Assembly (NCBI GenBank): GCA_043797975.1
Contig: JAZDPC010000039.1
Coordinates: forward strand, 25,659 to 89,658
Reading direction: 5' to 3'
DNA: 64,000 nt
Source of the DNA: Bacteroidota bacterium
GTDB lineage: Bacteria > Bacteroidota > Bacteroidia > Bacteroidales > UBA12481
The translations under genes were made by a program, and so were the position numbers. The notes under the pieces are model-generated. The model saw nothing but the letters and a program-made list of their open reading frames with translations, ran no database searches and was not told the DNA's origin. Of this stretch, positions 7,697-17,146 are shown in pieces (position 1 is the stretch's first letter; each line of letters starts with the position of its first letter).

Positions 7697-9517
7697 TTAT
7701 CTTCCTTTATGTGCATGGGCAATATTCTCAACTCTCATCTTTACCCGATCGCGGTCATAGGTCATAAGTCCGTTGGTTTCGGTTTCCACGTCAGTTGTCT
7801 GGGTATATACCACGGCACTCAGCCCGGGATCCTCGACTAATCTGAATACTTCCTGGTAGAAGCTCTTGTATTTTTCCAGAAGTGAGGCTACATCCTGCAT
7901 TTTTTCATAGCCCCAGTTATCTTCTTTCCACGTGTGTCCGGGGGTCATCAGTCCAAGTCCGCCGAACTCCCCGAGGACGATGGCGCGATTTTCTTCAGCA
8001 GCAGGAGCTTTCGGTTCGGGATAATTATGAATGTCCTTGATATCACCGGCACCCATATCTGTCCAGCCGCTGGAATTATTGACAAGCCGCGTGGGATCAA
8101 GGCTTTTAACATATCCGGATATGCGCTCGGTATCATACTGGCCCCATCCTTCATTAAATGGTACCCAGATAATGATGGAGGGATGGTTCTTGTGGTCATT
8201 GACCAATTCGGTCAGCTCAATCTCGAAATTCTGTCTGGCTTCTTCGAGTTTATCCTGCAGATTCGGTAACCCGGCGTAATTGTAAAACATGCTCGGCATA
8301 TCCTGCCAAACCAGGATCCCCATGGAATCGGTATGATAATAGAAACGACGGGTTTCCACTTTAACATGCTTCCTGAGCATATTGAATCCCATCTTTTTAA
8401 TCATTTCCAGGTCGTAAACCATTGCTTCTTCAGAGGGGGGGGTGTACAATCCGTCGGGCCAGAATCCCTGATCAAGGGGACCGTTCTGAAAGATAAACTT
8501 GTTGTTTAAAAGAATCCGGGTGATCCCTTTTTCATCTTTTCCTATGCTGATTTTCCGCATCCCGAAATATCCCTTTACCTGGTCAACCGGCATTGAGCCA
8601 TGCAGGATCCATATTTCAAGATCATACAGGAAAGGATTGTCGGGTGACCACAATTGCATATCCTCTATTTTCATGGAAATCTCATTGCCGGAATCTCCCG
8701 TTTCGGTACCGATCAATTTGTTCCCCGAAAAAGCTTTTATCTCGATCCGATCATCATGGCCCAGTCTTGATGTCTGGGTTGTAACCCGGATCTCGCTTTT
8801 GTCGATATCGGTAATTATCAGATAATCAATGATATACTTCTTCGGAACTTTTTCAATCCAAACGGTTTGCCAGATTCCCGATGAAGGTGTATACCAGATA
8901 CCCTGTGGGTTGATAGTCTGTTTTCCCACCGGCTGATATCCTTCGGTGGAAGGATCCCATGCAGAAACCACAAGCTCATGTTTGACACCGGGCTCAACGG
9001 ATTCTGTGATATCAAAACTGAAAGGATCATATCCGCCACGATGGGAGCCGATCTCCTTACCATCGATGTACACATGGGTTTCCCAGTCAACAGCTTCGAA
9101 ATTCAGCAATATTCTGTTTGACTTCAGCTTTGCCCCGAATGATAGTTCTTTCTTATACCAGATCCGGTCGTTACGGGTTACATTTTTCATTACTCCGGAT
9201 AAGGCCGATTCAACCGGGTAGGGAACAAGGATTTTTCCGTCCCAGACAGTCGGGATCCCTTCATCTGCGGGAGTGATCGCATAATCCCATAACCCATTGA
9301 GGCTTTTCCAGTTTTTCCTCACCATCTGAGGCCGGGGATAAGTAGTCCAGGTGTTGCCAGGTTTAACGGTTGCCGACCAGCGTGTCATCAGGGGACCGGT
9401 TTTCTTTGTCCAACTGGATGTGTCAGGCTCGGTTTTACACCCAATCAAGAGCATCACCAAACAAAAAGGAATCAGTAGGGTCACACCCGTTCGGGTCAGA
9501 AAGCGTTTCATGGTCAC
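7697..9517 (-). CDS. glycoside hydrolase family 2-like lipoprotein
   Basis: 606 aa with lipobox LLIGCK. It has a GH2 sugar-binding / Ig-like / TIM-barrel layout, with WVPFNEGWGQ (acid/base region) and HNYPEP. Confidence 0.8.
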   Translation of the reverse strand: MTMKRFLTRTGVTLLIPFCLVMLLIGCKTEPDTSSWTKKTGPLMTRWSATVKPGNTWTTYPRPQMVRKNWKSLNGLWDYAITPADEGIPTVWDGKILVPYPVESALSGVMKNVTRNDRIWYKKELSFGAKLKSNRILLNFEAVDWETHVYIDGKEIGSHRGGYDPFSFDITESVEPGVKHELVVSAWDPSTEGYQPVGKQTINPQGIWYTPSSGIWQTVWIEKVPKKYIIDYLIITDIDKSEIRVTTQTSRLGHDDRIEIKAFSGNKLIGTETGDSGNEISMKIEDMQLWSPDNPFLYDLEIWILHGSMPVDQVKGYFGMRKISIGKDEKGITRILLNNKFIFQNGPLDQGFWPDGLYTPPSEEAMVYDLEMIKKMGFNMLRKHVKVETRRFYYHTDSMGILVWQDMPSMFYNYAGLPNLQDKLEEARQNFEIELTELVNDHKNHPSIIIWVPFNEGWGQYDTERISGYVKSLDPTRLVNNSSGWTDMGAGDIKDIHNYPEPKAPAAEENRAIVLGEFGGLGLMTPGHTWKEDNWGYEKMQDVASLLEKYKSFYQEVFRLVEDPGLSAVVYTQTTDVETETNGLMTYDRDRVKMRVENIAHAHKGR

Positions 9518-9609
9518 AGGGATTTTGAATTTAACCTTTGTTCAGTTAAGGCCATTTCATTACTTTAATGACAAATTTATTGATTTTGTCAGAAAGCCCA
9601 AGTTTACCC

Positions 9610-10056
9610 ATGAAAACCAGGTATAAAATCCTGATTGCCATTCTTGTTTTGGCTATTGCCGGCTTGATAACAGTCTATCTGTATGTTTTCCGGACGGGCC
9701 AGCCTGATATGTTCAGGCTCAAAACTGATTACCGTATCGAAGCAACTGCATTATACAAGGAATTTGAAGCAGACGAGCAGGCAGCAACCGATAAATTTGC
9801 GGGCAAGATTCTTGAAGTTTCCGGATCGGTTGAATCAATTGAAAAGAATGAATGGGGCCATGTGACGATTGCCTTTATCGATCCGGTCTTTGGTGTTACA
9901 TGCACCATAGACAGCCTGCAGGCAATGAGCCAGCCTGAGGTTGTGACGGCACTAAAATCAGGCGATCTCATCATCATAAAAGGCCGCTGTGACGGCATGC
10001 TTACGGATGTAAAGCTGGTGAAATGCGTTTTAGTGACCGGCAACCAAAAGTGGTGA
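9610..10056 (+). CDS. membrane-anchored OB-fold protein (tRNA_anti-like family, putative)
   Basis: 148 aa with an N-terminal TM helix. The pattern ...ATALYKEFEADEQAATDKFAGKILEVSGSV...IIIKGRCDGMLTDVKLVKC resembles the tRNA_anti-like OB-fold family. The assignment is from memory of that family pattern. Confidence 0.5.
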   Translation: MKTRYKILIAILVLAIAGLITVYLYVFRTGQPDMFRLKTDYRIEATALYKEFEADEQAATDKFAGKILEVSGSVESIEKNEWGHVTIAFIDPVFGVTCTIDSLQAMSQPEVVTALKSGDLIIIKGRCDGMLTDVKLVKCVLVTGNQKW

Positions 10057-10077
10057 GTAACCAACGCTTTAAACCAC

Positions 10078-10085
10078 TACTTTTG
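10078..10085 (+). promoter_or_regulatory. candidate Bacteroidota -7 promoter box (TACTTTTG)
   Basis: Matches TAnnTTTG, 15 nt upstream of the ATG at 10100. Confidence 0.4.
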
Positions 10086-10099
10086 GTAAAAAATCAGTC

Positions 10100-10927
10100 A
10101 TGAGACGAACGGTCACAGCCATCATTATCCTCGGTGCAGTTCTGGGTGCTGCTTCCTGCTCATCCAGTGCGAGTAAAAAGGCGGAGTTGGATTTCCGGCA
10201 TGTTAACCTGCTGCTGAAGGGCAATGAATATACTGCAGCCATGCAACTACTCGATTCTATGATGGTGTGGAATCAAAACGATTTCGGTGTGGTGGGACAG
10301 GCCATGAGGAAAAGAGACTCCATTGCAGGTGACTATCACCGGCAAGTGATCCGGACGAGCCAGGACCTGCTGGCCAGTGTGGAGTCACGCATATTACCCC
10401 TGACCAGGGATTTCCGGTTTATTCCCGGCGAAGCCGGAATACCGGGAACTTACGAACACAGGCGTCAGTCAGTCGAGTCGTCATGGAACAGGATCTTCCT
10501 GAAGATCAATCTGAATGAAAAAGGCGATATCTGGCTGATGAGCCATTATTATGGAAAAAGCTGGATCGACCATGTCTCCCTCCGTGTATATGACCAGGAT
10601 AATTTCGTCCTTTCTGATACGATCCCTCTTGGTGATCCCCGGAACCGGAAGGTGGAAGATATGGGTGACAAATGGGAAACGATAGAATTTCATGAGGGAG
10701 CAGATGCCGGGATCATTGCCTTTATTGCTGATAACTACCTGAAATCCATCAAGGTCAGGTTTAATGGGAAAACCTTTCAATATATTGTTTTGGAGAGCTA
10801 TGACAAAGAGGCCATCCGGAAAGGATGGGAGTTGGCACAGCTTTTGAAAGAAAAGGATGGACTGATGCAGACAATTGATCTTCACCAGAAAGAGTTGCGA
10901 AAGATTGGTGCTGCATCAGGTTCATAA
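10100..10927 (+). CDS. hypothetical lipoprotein
   Basis: 275-aa ORF with signal peptide and lipobox (GAASCSSS). No recognisable catalytic motif. Confidence 0.6.
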   Translation: MRRTVTAIIILGAVLGAASCSSSASKKAELDFRHVNLLLKGNEYTAAMQLLDSMMVWNQNDFGVVGQAMRKRDSIAGDYHRQVIRTSQDLLASVESRILPLTRDFRFIPGEAGIPGTYEHRRQSVESSWNRIFLKINLNEKGDIWLMSHYYGKSWIDHVSLRVYDQDNFVLSDTIPLGDPRNRKVEDMGDKWETIEFHEGADAGIIAFIADNYLKSIKVRFNGKTFQYIVLESYDKEAIRKGWELAQLLKEKDGLMQTIDLHQKELRKIGAASGS

Positions 10928-10955
10928 AAAACAGTTACAACTCAAACCTGCAAAC

Positions 10956-11468
10956 ATGAAAACAATGAAATCAGGACTTTTATCAGGAATAGTTTTCCTG
11001 GTAGCATTAACTCCCTTTATTTTTACCTCCTGCGAGAAAGAAAACGTTGATCTCCGGGACGAGATTATCGGGCAGTATTCCTATACCGTTAAAATTTATG
11101 ACCTGATCGATGGAGAACTGGTTTACCTGGGCGGTCAGGGGGACAATTACGACATCAGCGGCACCATGAGGGTCCTCAAGAATGCCGATCCGGATGTTCT
11201 TGACTTCTGGGACGGAAATGTTTTGATGTTCCATGGTATCGACTTCGAAGATACCGGCAATGCAATCGTTTTTGATATTCCGGAGCAGGAAGCCTGGGTA
11301 GGCCCGGTCAATGTACAGATCGCGGGATATGATTACTGGGAAGTCGGGAATTCTTACCGTCATGGCGCTTTCCTCTACGATGACAGCAGCGTCGAGATCG
11401 GTTTCTCTGCCCGGATCATGGACGTGGATTCAGGATTGGTGATGGTGCTGCTGGCTTTCCGGGATTAA
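10956..11468 (+). CDS. hypothetical lipoprotein
   Basis: The ATG at 10956 gives MKTMKSGLLSGIVFLVALTPFIFTSCEKE (lipobox). 170 aa, no recognised domain. Confidence 0.55.
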   Translation: MKTMKSGLLSGIVFLVALTPFIFTSCEKENVDLRDEIIGQYSYTVKIYDLIDGELVYLGGQGDNYDISGTMRVLKNADPDVLDFWDGNVLMFHGIDFEDTGNAIVFDIPEQEAWVGPVNVQIAGYDYWEVGNSYRHGAFLYDDSSVEIGFSARIMDVDSGLVMVLLAFRD

Positions 11469-12655
11469 TCCTTCCGGATACAGCGGACAGCAGTATAATA
11501 CACAGTACCGAAAATACTGCTGCTCCCGGTGTTCACGTAAATTTTCCCATAATTCCGGATCATCATTCTTAATAGATAACCTTGGGTATAGTATGCTTTC
11601 TCATTGATAAAAAAGAAATTCCCATCCCAGTCAGCGTAGCCTGAAAACTGCAGATTCAATCCGGACGTGCCTCCTTCCATCATCTGGTAAGCCTGATCAT
11701 TTCCCATCCATCCGTAATCTTGCCCGGATTCACGTACAAGACCCAGGGATCGTTCCAGCGAGGACCAATCCTCATGCTGAGGAAGCCTCCAACCGGGGGG
11801 ACAGGTAACAGAGTCATTGATTGGAACCCAATATAGCCTGCCGTATTTTTCGCAATTTAACGGATCGTCATCATAGCAGTATGAGCTGTATGGTCTATCG
11901 AAATTGAGATTCCGGGCCATCCACCAGATCCCGTTAAGTTTAATGATGGGATAGGTTTGTCCATCGCGCGGGTCAGTCATCGTATCCCGTTGATATATCC
12001 CAGAATGAATGGAGAATCTCCAGACAGGGGATACAGCAGTCAGCCCGCCGGGATCCCGTGCGACGACTTTCCAGTAGTAACGCTGGCCCGGGATCAGCTC
12101 CGAGGTGAAAAACTCATCCGTTGGAAGGTTTTCCACTAGCAGGGGGGGATCATTATCCAGACCGAGATAGAGATCAAAAGTGAGAGGATCGTCATAGGGA
12201 TCAAGTGCAACCCATGAAAGACGACCTACGGTAAGGAGGTTATTAGAACTGTCGCGGGGGTTGGGTCCAAAGGGGATCATGGGATTGGCATTACCCTGGG
12301 CAACGTTCATTTCCCTGGTTGTGGTCGCCAGTCCTCCGGAGAGATCGCGCACCTGAAGTTTCACCGTGGTCAGCCCGGCTACCGGGAATTTGTGGGTGTT
12401 TGTCAGGGTTCTGACGAAGGGGTAATCGTAAATGCCGTCATTTTCGTAATCCCATCGGTATTCGAGCACCGAATCCGGATCTTCCGGATCGTGTGATCCG
12501 GAAGCATCCAGAACGAACAGCGTTTCGGTGTCGCCCGTATCGGGAATAATGGTAAAAAAGGGTACGGGCGGCTGATTGACCGGGTCCTTGTTGCAGGATA
12601 CCGCCATGAGGACTGATAGTCCCCAGGTAACCGGTTTCAACCATCCTGATTTCAT
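11465..12655 (-). CDS. lipoprotein with PKD-like and FN3-like domains plus a Fibrobacter succinogenes major paralogous (FISUMP) domain
   Basis: Lipobox LMAVSCNKD. PKD-like region (FVLDASGSHDPED...YRWDYENDG). The C-terminal GQTYPIIKLNGIWWMARNLNF...CPPGWRLPQHEDWSSLE is typical of the FISUMP family. Confidence 0.75.
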   Translation of the reverse strand: MKSGWLKPVTWGLSVLMAVSCNKDPVNQPPVPFFTIIPDTGDTETLFVLDASGSHDPEDPDSVLEYRWDYENDGIYDYPFVRTLTNTHKFPVAGLTTVKLQVRDLSGGLATTTREMNVAQGNANPMIPFGPNPRDSSNNLLTVGRLSWVALDPYDDPLTFDLYLGLDNDPPLLVENLPTDEFFTSELIPGQRYYWKVVARDPGGLTAVSPVWRFSIHSGIYQRDTMTDPRDGQTYPIIKLNGIWWMARNLNFDRPYSSYCYDDDPLNCEKYGRLYWVPINDSVTCPPGWRLPQHEDWSSLERSLGLVRESGQDYGWMGNDQAYQMMEGGTSGLNLQFSGYADWDGNFFFINEKAYYTQGYLLRMMIRNYGKIYVNTGSSSIFGTVYYTAVRCIRKD

Positions 12656-12665
12656 CAGGATAAAG

Positions 12666-14087
12666 CTACACCTTTTTAAGTTTCCATTTTCCCTTGCGGA
12701 ACAGGTAAAAGGCAGTCAGGGTCATGACCGTTTCGGCTATAACGATTGCTATAAAAACCCCTGATGGTCCCAGTCCAACCGGTTTGGCAAGAATCCAGGC
12801 CAGCGATATTTCAATCAAACCATAACAGACAAAGAAAACCTTTGTCGGAGTGGCGGTGTCGCCCGCCCCGTTCAGAGCCTGGATCATGACCATTCCCATT
12901 CCATAGAGAGCAAATCCATAGCTGATAATCCGCAAAGCCTGTACTCCCGGTTCAACCACCAACGGATCCTGGATGAATAGGGTGATGAAAAACTTGGGGA
13001 ATATGGCCAGGATCAGTCCCAGGAATCCCATAAAAATGAAATTGATCCGGGATGTCAGCCATACGGATTTTTCCGCACGCCCGGGCTGTCCGGCACCCAG
13101 GTTCTGCCCAACCAGCGTGGCTGCGGCATTGCTGATACCTCCGGAAGGCATGAGCGCGAATATGATGATCCTGAGAGCTATCGTATAACCGGCTACCACC
13201 ATGCTTCCGAAAGAGGCTACTATTCTGACCAGGAATATCCAGCTGGAGGTGGCGATCAGTGATTGTCCGATTCCCCCGAAACTCAGCTTGATGATCTGCC
13301 AGATGATATGAGGCTCGAAGCGCAAGTCAGCCAGTGTAAGCCGGATCCTTCTCTTGCCTCTGAACAGGAGAAACAACTGGTAAACAACACCTGACGACCG
13401 TCCTATAACGGTGGCATAGGCCGCACCCCGGATACCAAGCTCCGGGAACGGACCGATACCCAGAATCAGCAACGGACACATAATGATGTTGATCAGGTTG
13501 GCGGTGACCAGTACCCTGAATGACATGGCCGCATCACCGGAACTCCTGAAAATGGAATTGATGATGAACAGAACGATAATGATGCCGTTGGATCCGAGCA
13601 TGATCCGGGTATAAGCTGAAAATCCGTTCTGCATTTCTTCGGAACCGCCCATCAGGCGCATGAGATCGGAACTCCATAATACACCCGGAACCGCAACCAG
13701 CACGGAAACCATCACTCCGGCCAAAATGGCCTGGAATGCAGTTCTGGAAGCTTCATGCGGGCGCTTTTCCCCTATTCTTCTGGCTACCAGCGCAGTTGTT
13801 GCAACGGCCAGACCGCTGCCGACTGCGTACACGATAGTGATCAGTGATTCAGTGATCCCGACCGTGGCGATGGCTTCGGGTCCCAGTTTGGAGACAAAAT
13901 AGATATCGACAATGGCAAAGATGGATTCCATGACCATCTCCAGTACCATAGGTACGGATAACAGGAATACGGCCCTGCCGATCTTACCCTGGGTGAAATC
14001 CATTTCCGTTCCGGCGATGGACTCCCAGAGATCTTTTCGTAATTGCTTATAATTTAATTGTTTCAGATATGCTAACCGGTTTTTCAT
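12666..14087 (-). CDS. MATE family efflux transporter
   Basis: 473 aa from the ATG at 14085-14087, about 12 TM segments, with the MATE N-terminal pattern (GKIGRAVFLLSVPMVLEMVMESIFAIVDIYFVSKLG). Confidence 0.9.
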   Translation of the reverse strand: MKNRLAYLKQLNYKQLRKDLWESIAGTEMDFTQGKIGRAVFLLSVPMVLEMVMESIFAIVDIYFVSKLGPEAIATVGITESLITIVYAVGSGLAVATTALVARRIGEKRPHEASRTAFQAILAGVMVSVLVAVPGVLWSSDLMRLMGGSEEMQNGFSAYTRIMLGSNGIIIVLFIINSIFRSSGDAAMSFRVLVTANLINIIMCPLLILGIGPFPELGIRGAAYATVIGRSSGVVYQLFLLFRGKRRIRLTLADLRFEPHIIWQIIKLSFGGIGQSLIATSSWIFLVRIVASFGSMVVAGYTIALRIIIFALMPSGGISNAAATLVGQNLGAGQPGRAEKSVWLTSRINFIFMGFLGLILAIFPKFFITLFIQDPLVVEPGVQALRIISYGFALYGMGMVMIQALNGAGDTATPTKVFFVCYGLIEISLAWILAKPVGLGPSGVFIAIVIAETVMTLTAFYLFRKGKWKLKKV

Positions 14088-14226
14088 TGAAACTGGCGTT
14101 AAAGTAAATAGGAAGAAGGAATTGTTGCTGCAGTGCAGCGCGGGACGGATGTCCCGGTTAGCAAGTAATCGGAACACCCACAAGATCGATAAATCGCGTG
14201 GTGTTCATCTTTTAGCAGATTTTGAG

Positions 14227-14234
14227 CAAAAATA
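14227..14234 (-). promoter_or_regulatory. candidate -7 promoter box (TATTTTTG on the minus strand) for the MATE gene
   Basis: Matches TAnnTTTG and implies a leader of about 135 nt before the MATE ATG. Confidence 0.3.
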
Positions 14235-14283
14235 CTTCATTTTCCGAAAAACCAAACGTTTTGGCAGAATTAAAAATCGTCTT

Positions 14284-14291
14284 TATATTTG
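14284..14291 (+). promoter_or_regulatory. candidate -7 promoter box (TATATTTG) for tRNA-Thr
   Basis: Matches TAnnTTTG, 13 nt upstream of the inferred tRNA 5' end. Confidence 0.5.
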
Positions 14292-14303
14292 CCGCCGCCT
14301 TAA

Positions 14304-14374
14304 GCCAAGATAGTTAAACGGTATAACAGCGGTTTCGTAAACCGCCATTCCGGGTTCGATTCCCGGCCTTGGCT
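14304..14374 (+). tRNA. tRNA-Thr (anticodon CGU)
   Basis: Hand-folded cloverleaf. Acceptor GCCAAGA/CCTTGGC (one A:C at 7:66), D stem GTTA/TAAC, anticodon stem GCGGT/ACCGC with loop TTCGTAA, T arm CCGGG-TTCGATT-CCCGG. No encoded CCA. Confidence 0.8.
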
Positions 14375-14460
14375 CGATAAATAATCCGATCTTCGGCCAG
14401 GGATTGTAACAAATAAAGGATTTTCTGATCAAAACAAACACAACAATAAAACTCTTTGCG

Positions 14461-15390
14461 ATGAAACTTAACCGAATTCTATTAGTTGTAGCTCTTCTGG
14501 CTGCATTCTCCTTCCAGGCGGAAGCTAAAAAAGTAAAGCTCCAATATCAGTTAAAGGCCGGTGACCAGTTTAAATACGGTTATTCCATATCACAGGATAT
14601 CACTCAGGATTTAATGGGCCAGAGCATGACCTATACGGTCGAAACCTCTTTTGTTAATGATTTTCAAGTCAAAGAGGTAAATTCCGATGGCTCCTTCCGG
14701 CTGACCGGTACCCTGGTTGAATATGCCATGAACTCAGTCACACCCCAGGGTGATATGAAATACAACTCAACCACCGATACAGAGATTCCTGATTTTGCGA
14801 AAATAGCAGGATTGACCTTGAATGAAACCTATTTTTTTACATTATCTCCTCTTGGGAACATCACTGATGTGGTAGTACCGGATGGTTTGCAGGAAAAGAT
14901 CCAGAAAGCTATGGAAGGTATGCAGGACATGACCGGGCAGGCGATGGCTGCCGCAGGAAACAATGCCGGATCGGCTGAAGGTTTCATTAAGAGCATCATG
15001 GGATTCTTCGTCAGCTTCCCCGAAAATCCGGTAAAACCTAAATCCAAATGGTCGGTCGAGCTTAAGGTTGAACAAATGGTTGTTTTTAATACGGCAACGG
15101 AATACACATTTGTTGCCGGAAGTAAAACGTCCAATGAAATCAAGGTCGTATCCCAGATAACCCAGGCTGATCCTTCAGCCGGTATGGAAGTTCAGGGGAT
15201 GAACATGACCTATCAACTTTCGGGTGCCAAGGATGGCAATCTCATCCTGGATCCTGTCACCGGAATGATTATCAAAGGCGACGGGGTCACCATGATATCC
15301 GGAGTGATCAGTGTTGAATCCTCCCAGCTTCCGGCCCCGATGACCATCCCGATGTCAGTCAAATCGACTGAGAAGATCAGCCGGAAATAA
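14461..15390 (+). CDS. hypothetical secreted protein
   Basis: 309 aa with a cleavable signal peptide (AFSFQAEA-KK). Beta-rich with no catalytic motif. It may belong to a Bacteroidota DUF family, which I cannot verify. Confidence 0.6.
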   Translation: MKLNRILLVVALLAAFSFQAEAKKVKLQYQLKAGDQFKYGYSISQDITQDLMGQSMTYTVETSFVNDFQVKEVNSDGSFRLTGTLVEYAMNSVTPQGDMKYNSTTDTEIPDFAKIAGLTLNETYFFTLSPLGNITDVVVPDGLQEKIQKAMEGMQDMTGQAMAAAGNNAGSAEGFIKSIMGFFVSFPENPVKPKSKWSVELKVEQMVVFNTATEYTFVAGSKTSNEIKVVSQITQADPSAGMEVQGMNMTYQLSGAKDGNLILDPVTGMIIKGDGVTMISGVISVESSQLPAPMTIPMSVKSTEKISRK

Positions 15391-15405
15391 TCAGAAAAAG
15401 GCTGC

Positions 15406-15446
15406 AAAAAAAGTCCGGACTGAAAAGCCCGGACTTTTTTATTTTT
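15406..15446. terminator. bidirectional intrinsic terminator
   Basis: An A-run, then GTCCGG (15413-15418), a 10-nt loop, CCGGAC (15429-15434), then TTTTTTATTTTT. It sits between convergent genes. Confidence 0.75.
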
Positions 15447-15456
15447 CGGTTGGGTA

Positions 15457-17127
15457 TCAACCTCCGCAAGCGAGTTCAAACCTCAGGTTTTTACTCACCT
15501 CTGTCTGTGAGGATGGATCTACGAAGTACTCAAAGGCAGGATCAGGCACCCATTCACCGTTGTAGAGAGCCTGGACTTCATACATCATGTTCTGTTCCAA
15601 TCCGGCAATGGTCACCGTTCCGCCGGAGGCGGTAACCGTGCACCAGGTTGTCGAGCCTTTAGGCCGGTATCTTAAGAGAATACCATCCGGGATTGATGCG
15701 GAGGTCCCCTGGTCAGTACAATAGATTTCAACAGTGAACCGAATGGTCAGGGTTGAAGATCCGCCACCGCCCATTGCATCCGGATTGGGCGTCAATGGCA
15801 CTTCCACCGGGGTGCTTGCGCAAAAATCGTAGGTGATGGGATCGGGCAGGTTCCAGAGTGGGGTTGTGCCTGGCTGATTGAGGAAAGTGATTGTAACCTG
15901 TTGATTCAGCGGTACACTCTGCAAGACTTCCGTATTCAAAACGCTGCGGATGCCGGTTAGTTCGGGATAACCCGAAAAATAGCCTTCGCTCCTGAACTCG
16001 TTACTGCCAGTCAATGTTGCTACAAACTGCAAACCATATCCCCAGCCAGATTCTCCCGCTTTACTGGCATCTGTCGTCGTGAAGAATATTTCAATAAATG
16101 CGCAGGCTGATTCGAACCAGTCAAGGTTCCAATAGCTTAAGTGCTGCATTTGAGCATTTGTCCTTAATCCGGAGGGAGTCTTCCTGATTTCAACTGTTTT
16201 CTCAAAAGCCCATTTGCCGGTTTTATCATCATAACTCCATAAGGGAACTCTATCTCCTGCCTGGACGGATTGGCCACTTTCGGGATTTTTAATATTCTCA
16301 TCTACGGCCAGGTCAAGGTCCATGGTACCCCCACTGAATTTTGAGGCCTGGTTTCCATTTTCATCCTTGATATCAATCGCTACGAATCCGGCAGAATAAA
16401 AGGCTCCTTTCGCCTTTGAGTTATCTTCTTTGTTAACATCAACACTCAATCCTCCGGGGAAACTCGATAACGCTTCGGATTTGGTCGGATTGAAATAAGC
16501 AATTGACATCGCCAGTTTGCCTTGAAGCGGATTGCCCGCTTCATCACGGATATCGGTTCCTTCATTAAGCTTGACCGATACCTCACTGTCCTTGGTAGAG
16601 ACCTCGATATTCTCATCAATTTTTCCGCTGCTCGATGATCCGACGTTGCTAAACTGAGCTATGCTGACTCCCTCAGGAGGAGCTTCGGTATTAACCATGT
16701 TGATGACATAATCGTGGCTGCCTTCACCGATCAGGGTTAGTGACATTGATGTGGAGAGATAGCCATCAAGCTGAGCCACCAGTGTCAGTTGTACCGGATC
16801 ATCCGGGGTGGGTTTTGCATTGTAGGGATCGAGTCCGGCAGTCATATAGCCGGCTGAGGTAAAGAATTGCTTCATGTACTCGCCGGAAGTATTTACGACC
16901 CATTGGCTGTCAGGACCAAAAACGTTGATTTTCACCTGTTTGTTGTCATTGAATCCAATAAGTTCGCCACTAGCGGCATCAACTAATTGAACTGTCATGG
17001 TTGTTTTAATAATATTCATGTCAAGCCTGATATCCAGATCATCTGTGTTCAGATTGAACTTATCGCAGGAGGGACCTGACATTGAAAGGATCAGGATAAA
17101 TGCCGAAAGAATTCTAATAGGTCTCAT
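15457..17127 (-). CDS. hypothetical surface lipoprotein (beta-sandwich-rich)
   Basis: 556 aa with an N-terminal signal and lipobox (LSMSGPSCDK). No recognised motif. It lies 19 nt downstream of the beta-barrel gene on the same strand. Confidence 0.65.
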   Translation of the reverse strand: MRPIRILSAFILILSMSGPSCDKFNLNTDDLDIRLDMNIIKTTMTVQLVDAASGELIGFNDNKQVKINVFGPDSQWVVNTSGEYMKQFFTSAGYMTAGLDPYNAKPTPDDPVQLTLVAQLDGYLSTSMSLTLIGEGSHDYVINMVNTEAPPEGVSIAQFSNVGSSSSGKIDENIEVSTKDSEVSVKLNEGTDIRDEAGNPLQGKLAMSIAYFNPTKSEALSSFPGGLSVDVNKEDNSKAKGAFYSAGFVAIDIKDENGNQASKFSGGTMDLDLAVDENIKNPESGQSVQAGDRVPLWSYDDKTGKWAFEKTVEIRKTPSGLRTNAQMQHLSYWNLDWFESACAFIEIFFTTTDASKAGESGWGYGLQFVATLTGSNEFRSEGYFSGYPELTGIRSVLNTEVLQSVPLNQQVTITFLNQPGTTPLWNLPDPITYDFCASTPVEVPLTPNPDAMGGGGSSTLTIRFTVEIYCTDQGTSASIPDGILLRYRPKGSTTWCTVTASGGTVTIAGLEQNMMYEVQALYNGEWVPDPAFEYFVDPSSQTEVSKNLRFELACGG

Positions 17128-17146
17128 GGTAGTAGTCCTTGGAAAG

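Noticed and set aside
10044-10086. Imperfect inverted repeat CCAAAAGTGGT ... ACCACTACTTTTGG after the OB-fold gene, as a terminator.
   Set aside because: The stem is interrupted, there is no downstream T-run, and it overlaps both the stop codon and the next gene's candidate -7 box. The evidence is insufficient.
10833-10847. Sigma-54-like promoter TGGCAC-AGCTT-TTGA, about 110 nt upstream of the lipoprotein gene at 10956.
   Set aside because: The -12 element lacks the conserved GC (TTGA instead of TTGC). It also lies inside the coding sequence of the preceding gene. A single near-match is expected by chance in 64 kb.
14088-14226. Possible riboswitch in the roughly 135-nt putative leader of the MATE gene (hairpin CGGGAC-ATCC-GTCCCG and palindrome GCTGCA-C-TGCAGC).
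   Set aside because: I could recognise no match to any riboswitch consensus, such as guanidine or ykkC-type. The leader length depends on an unverified -7 box.
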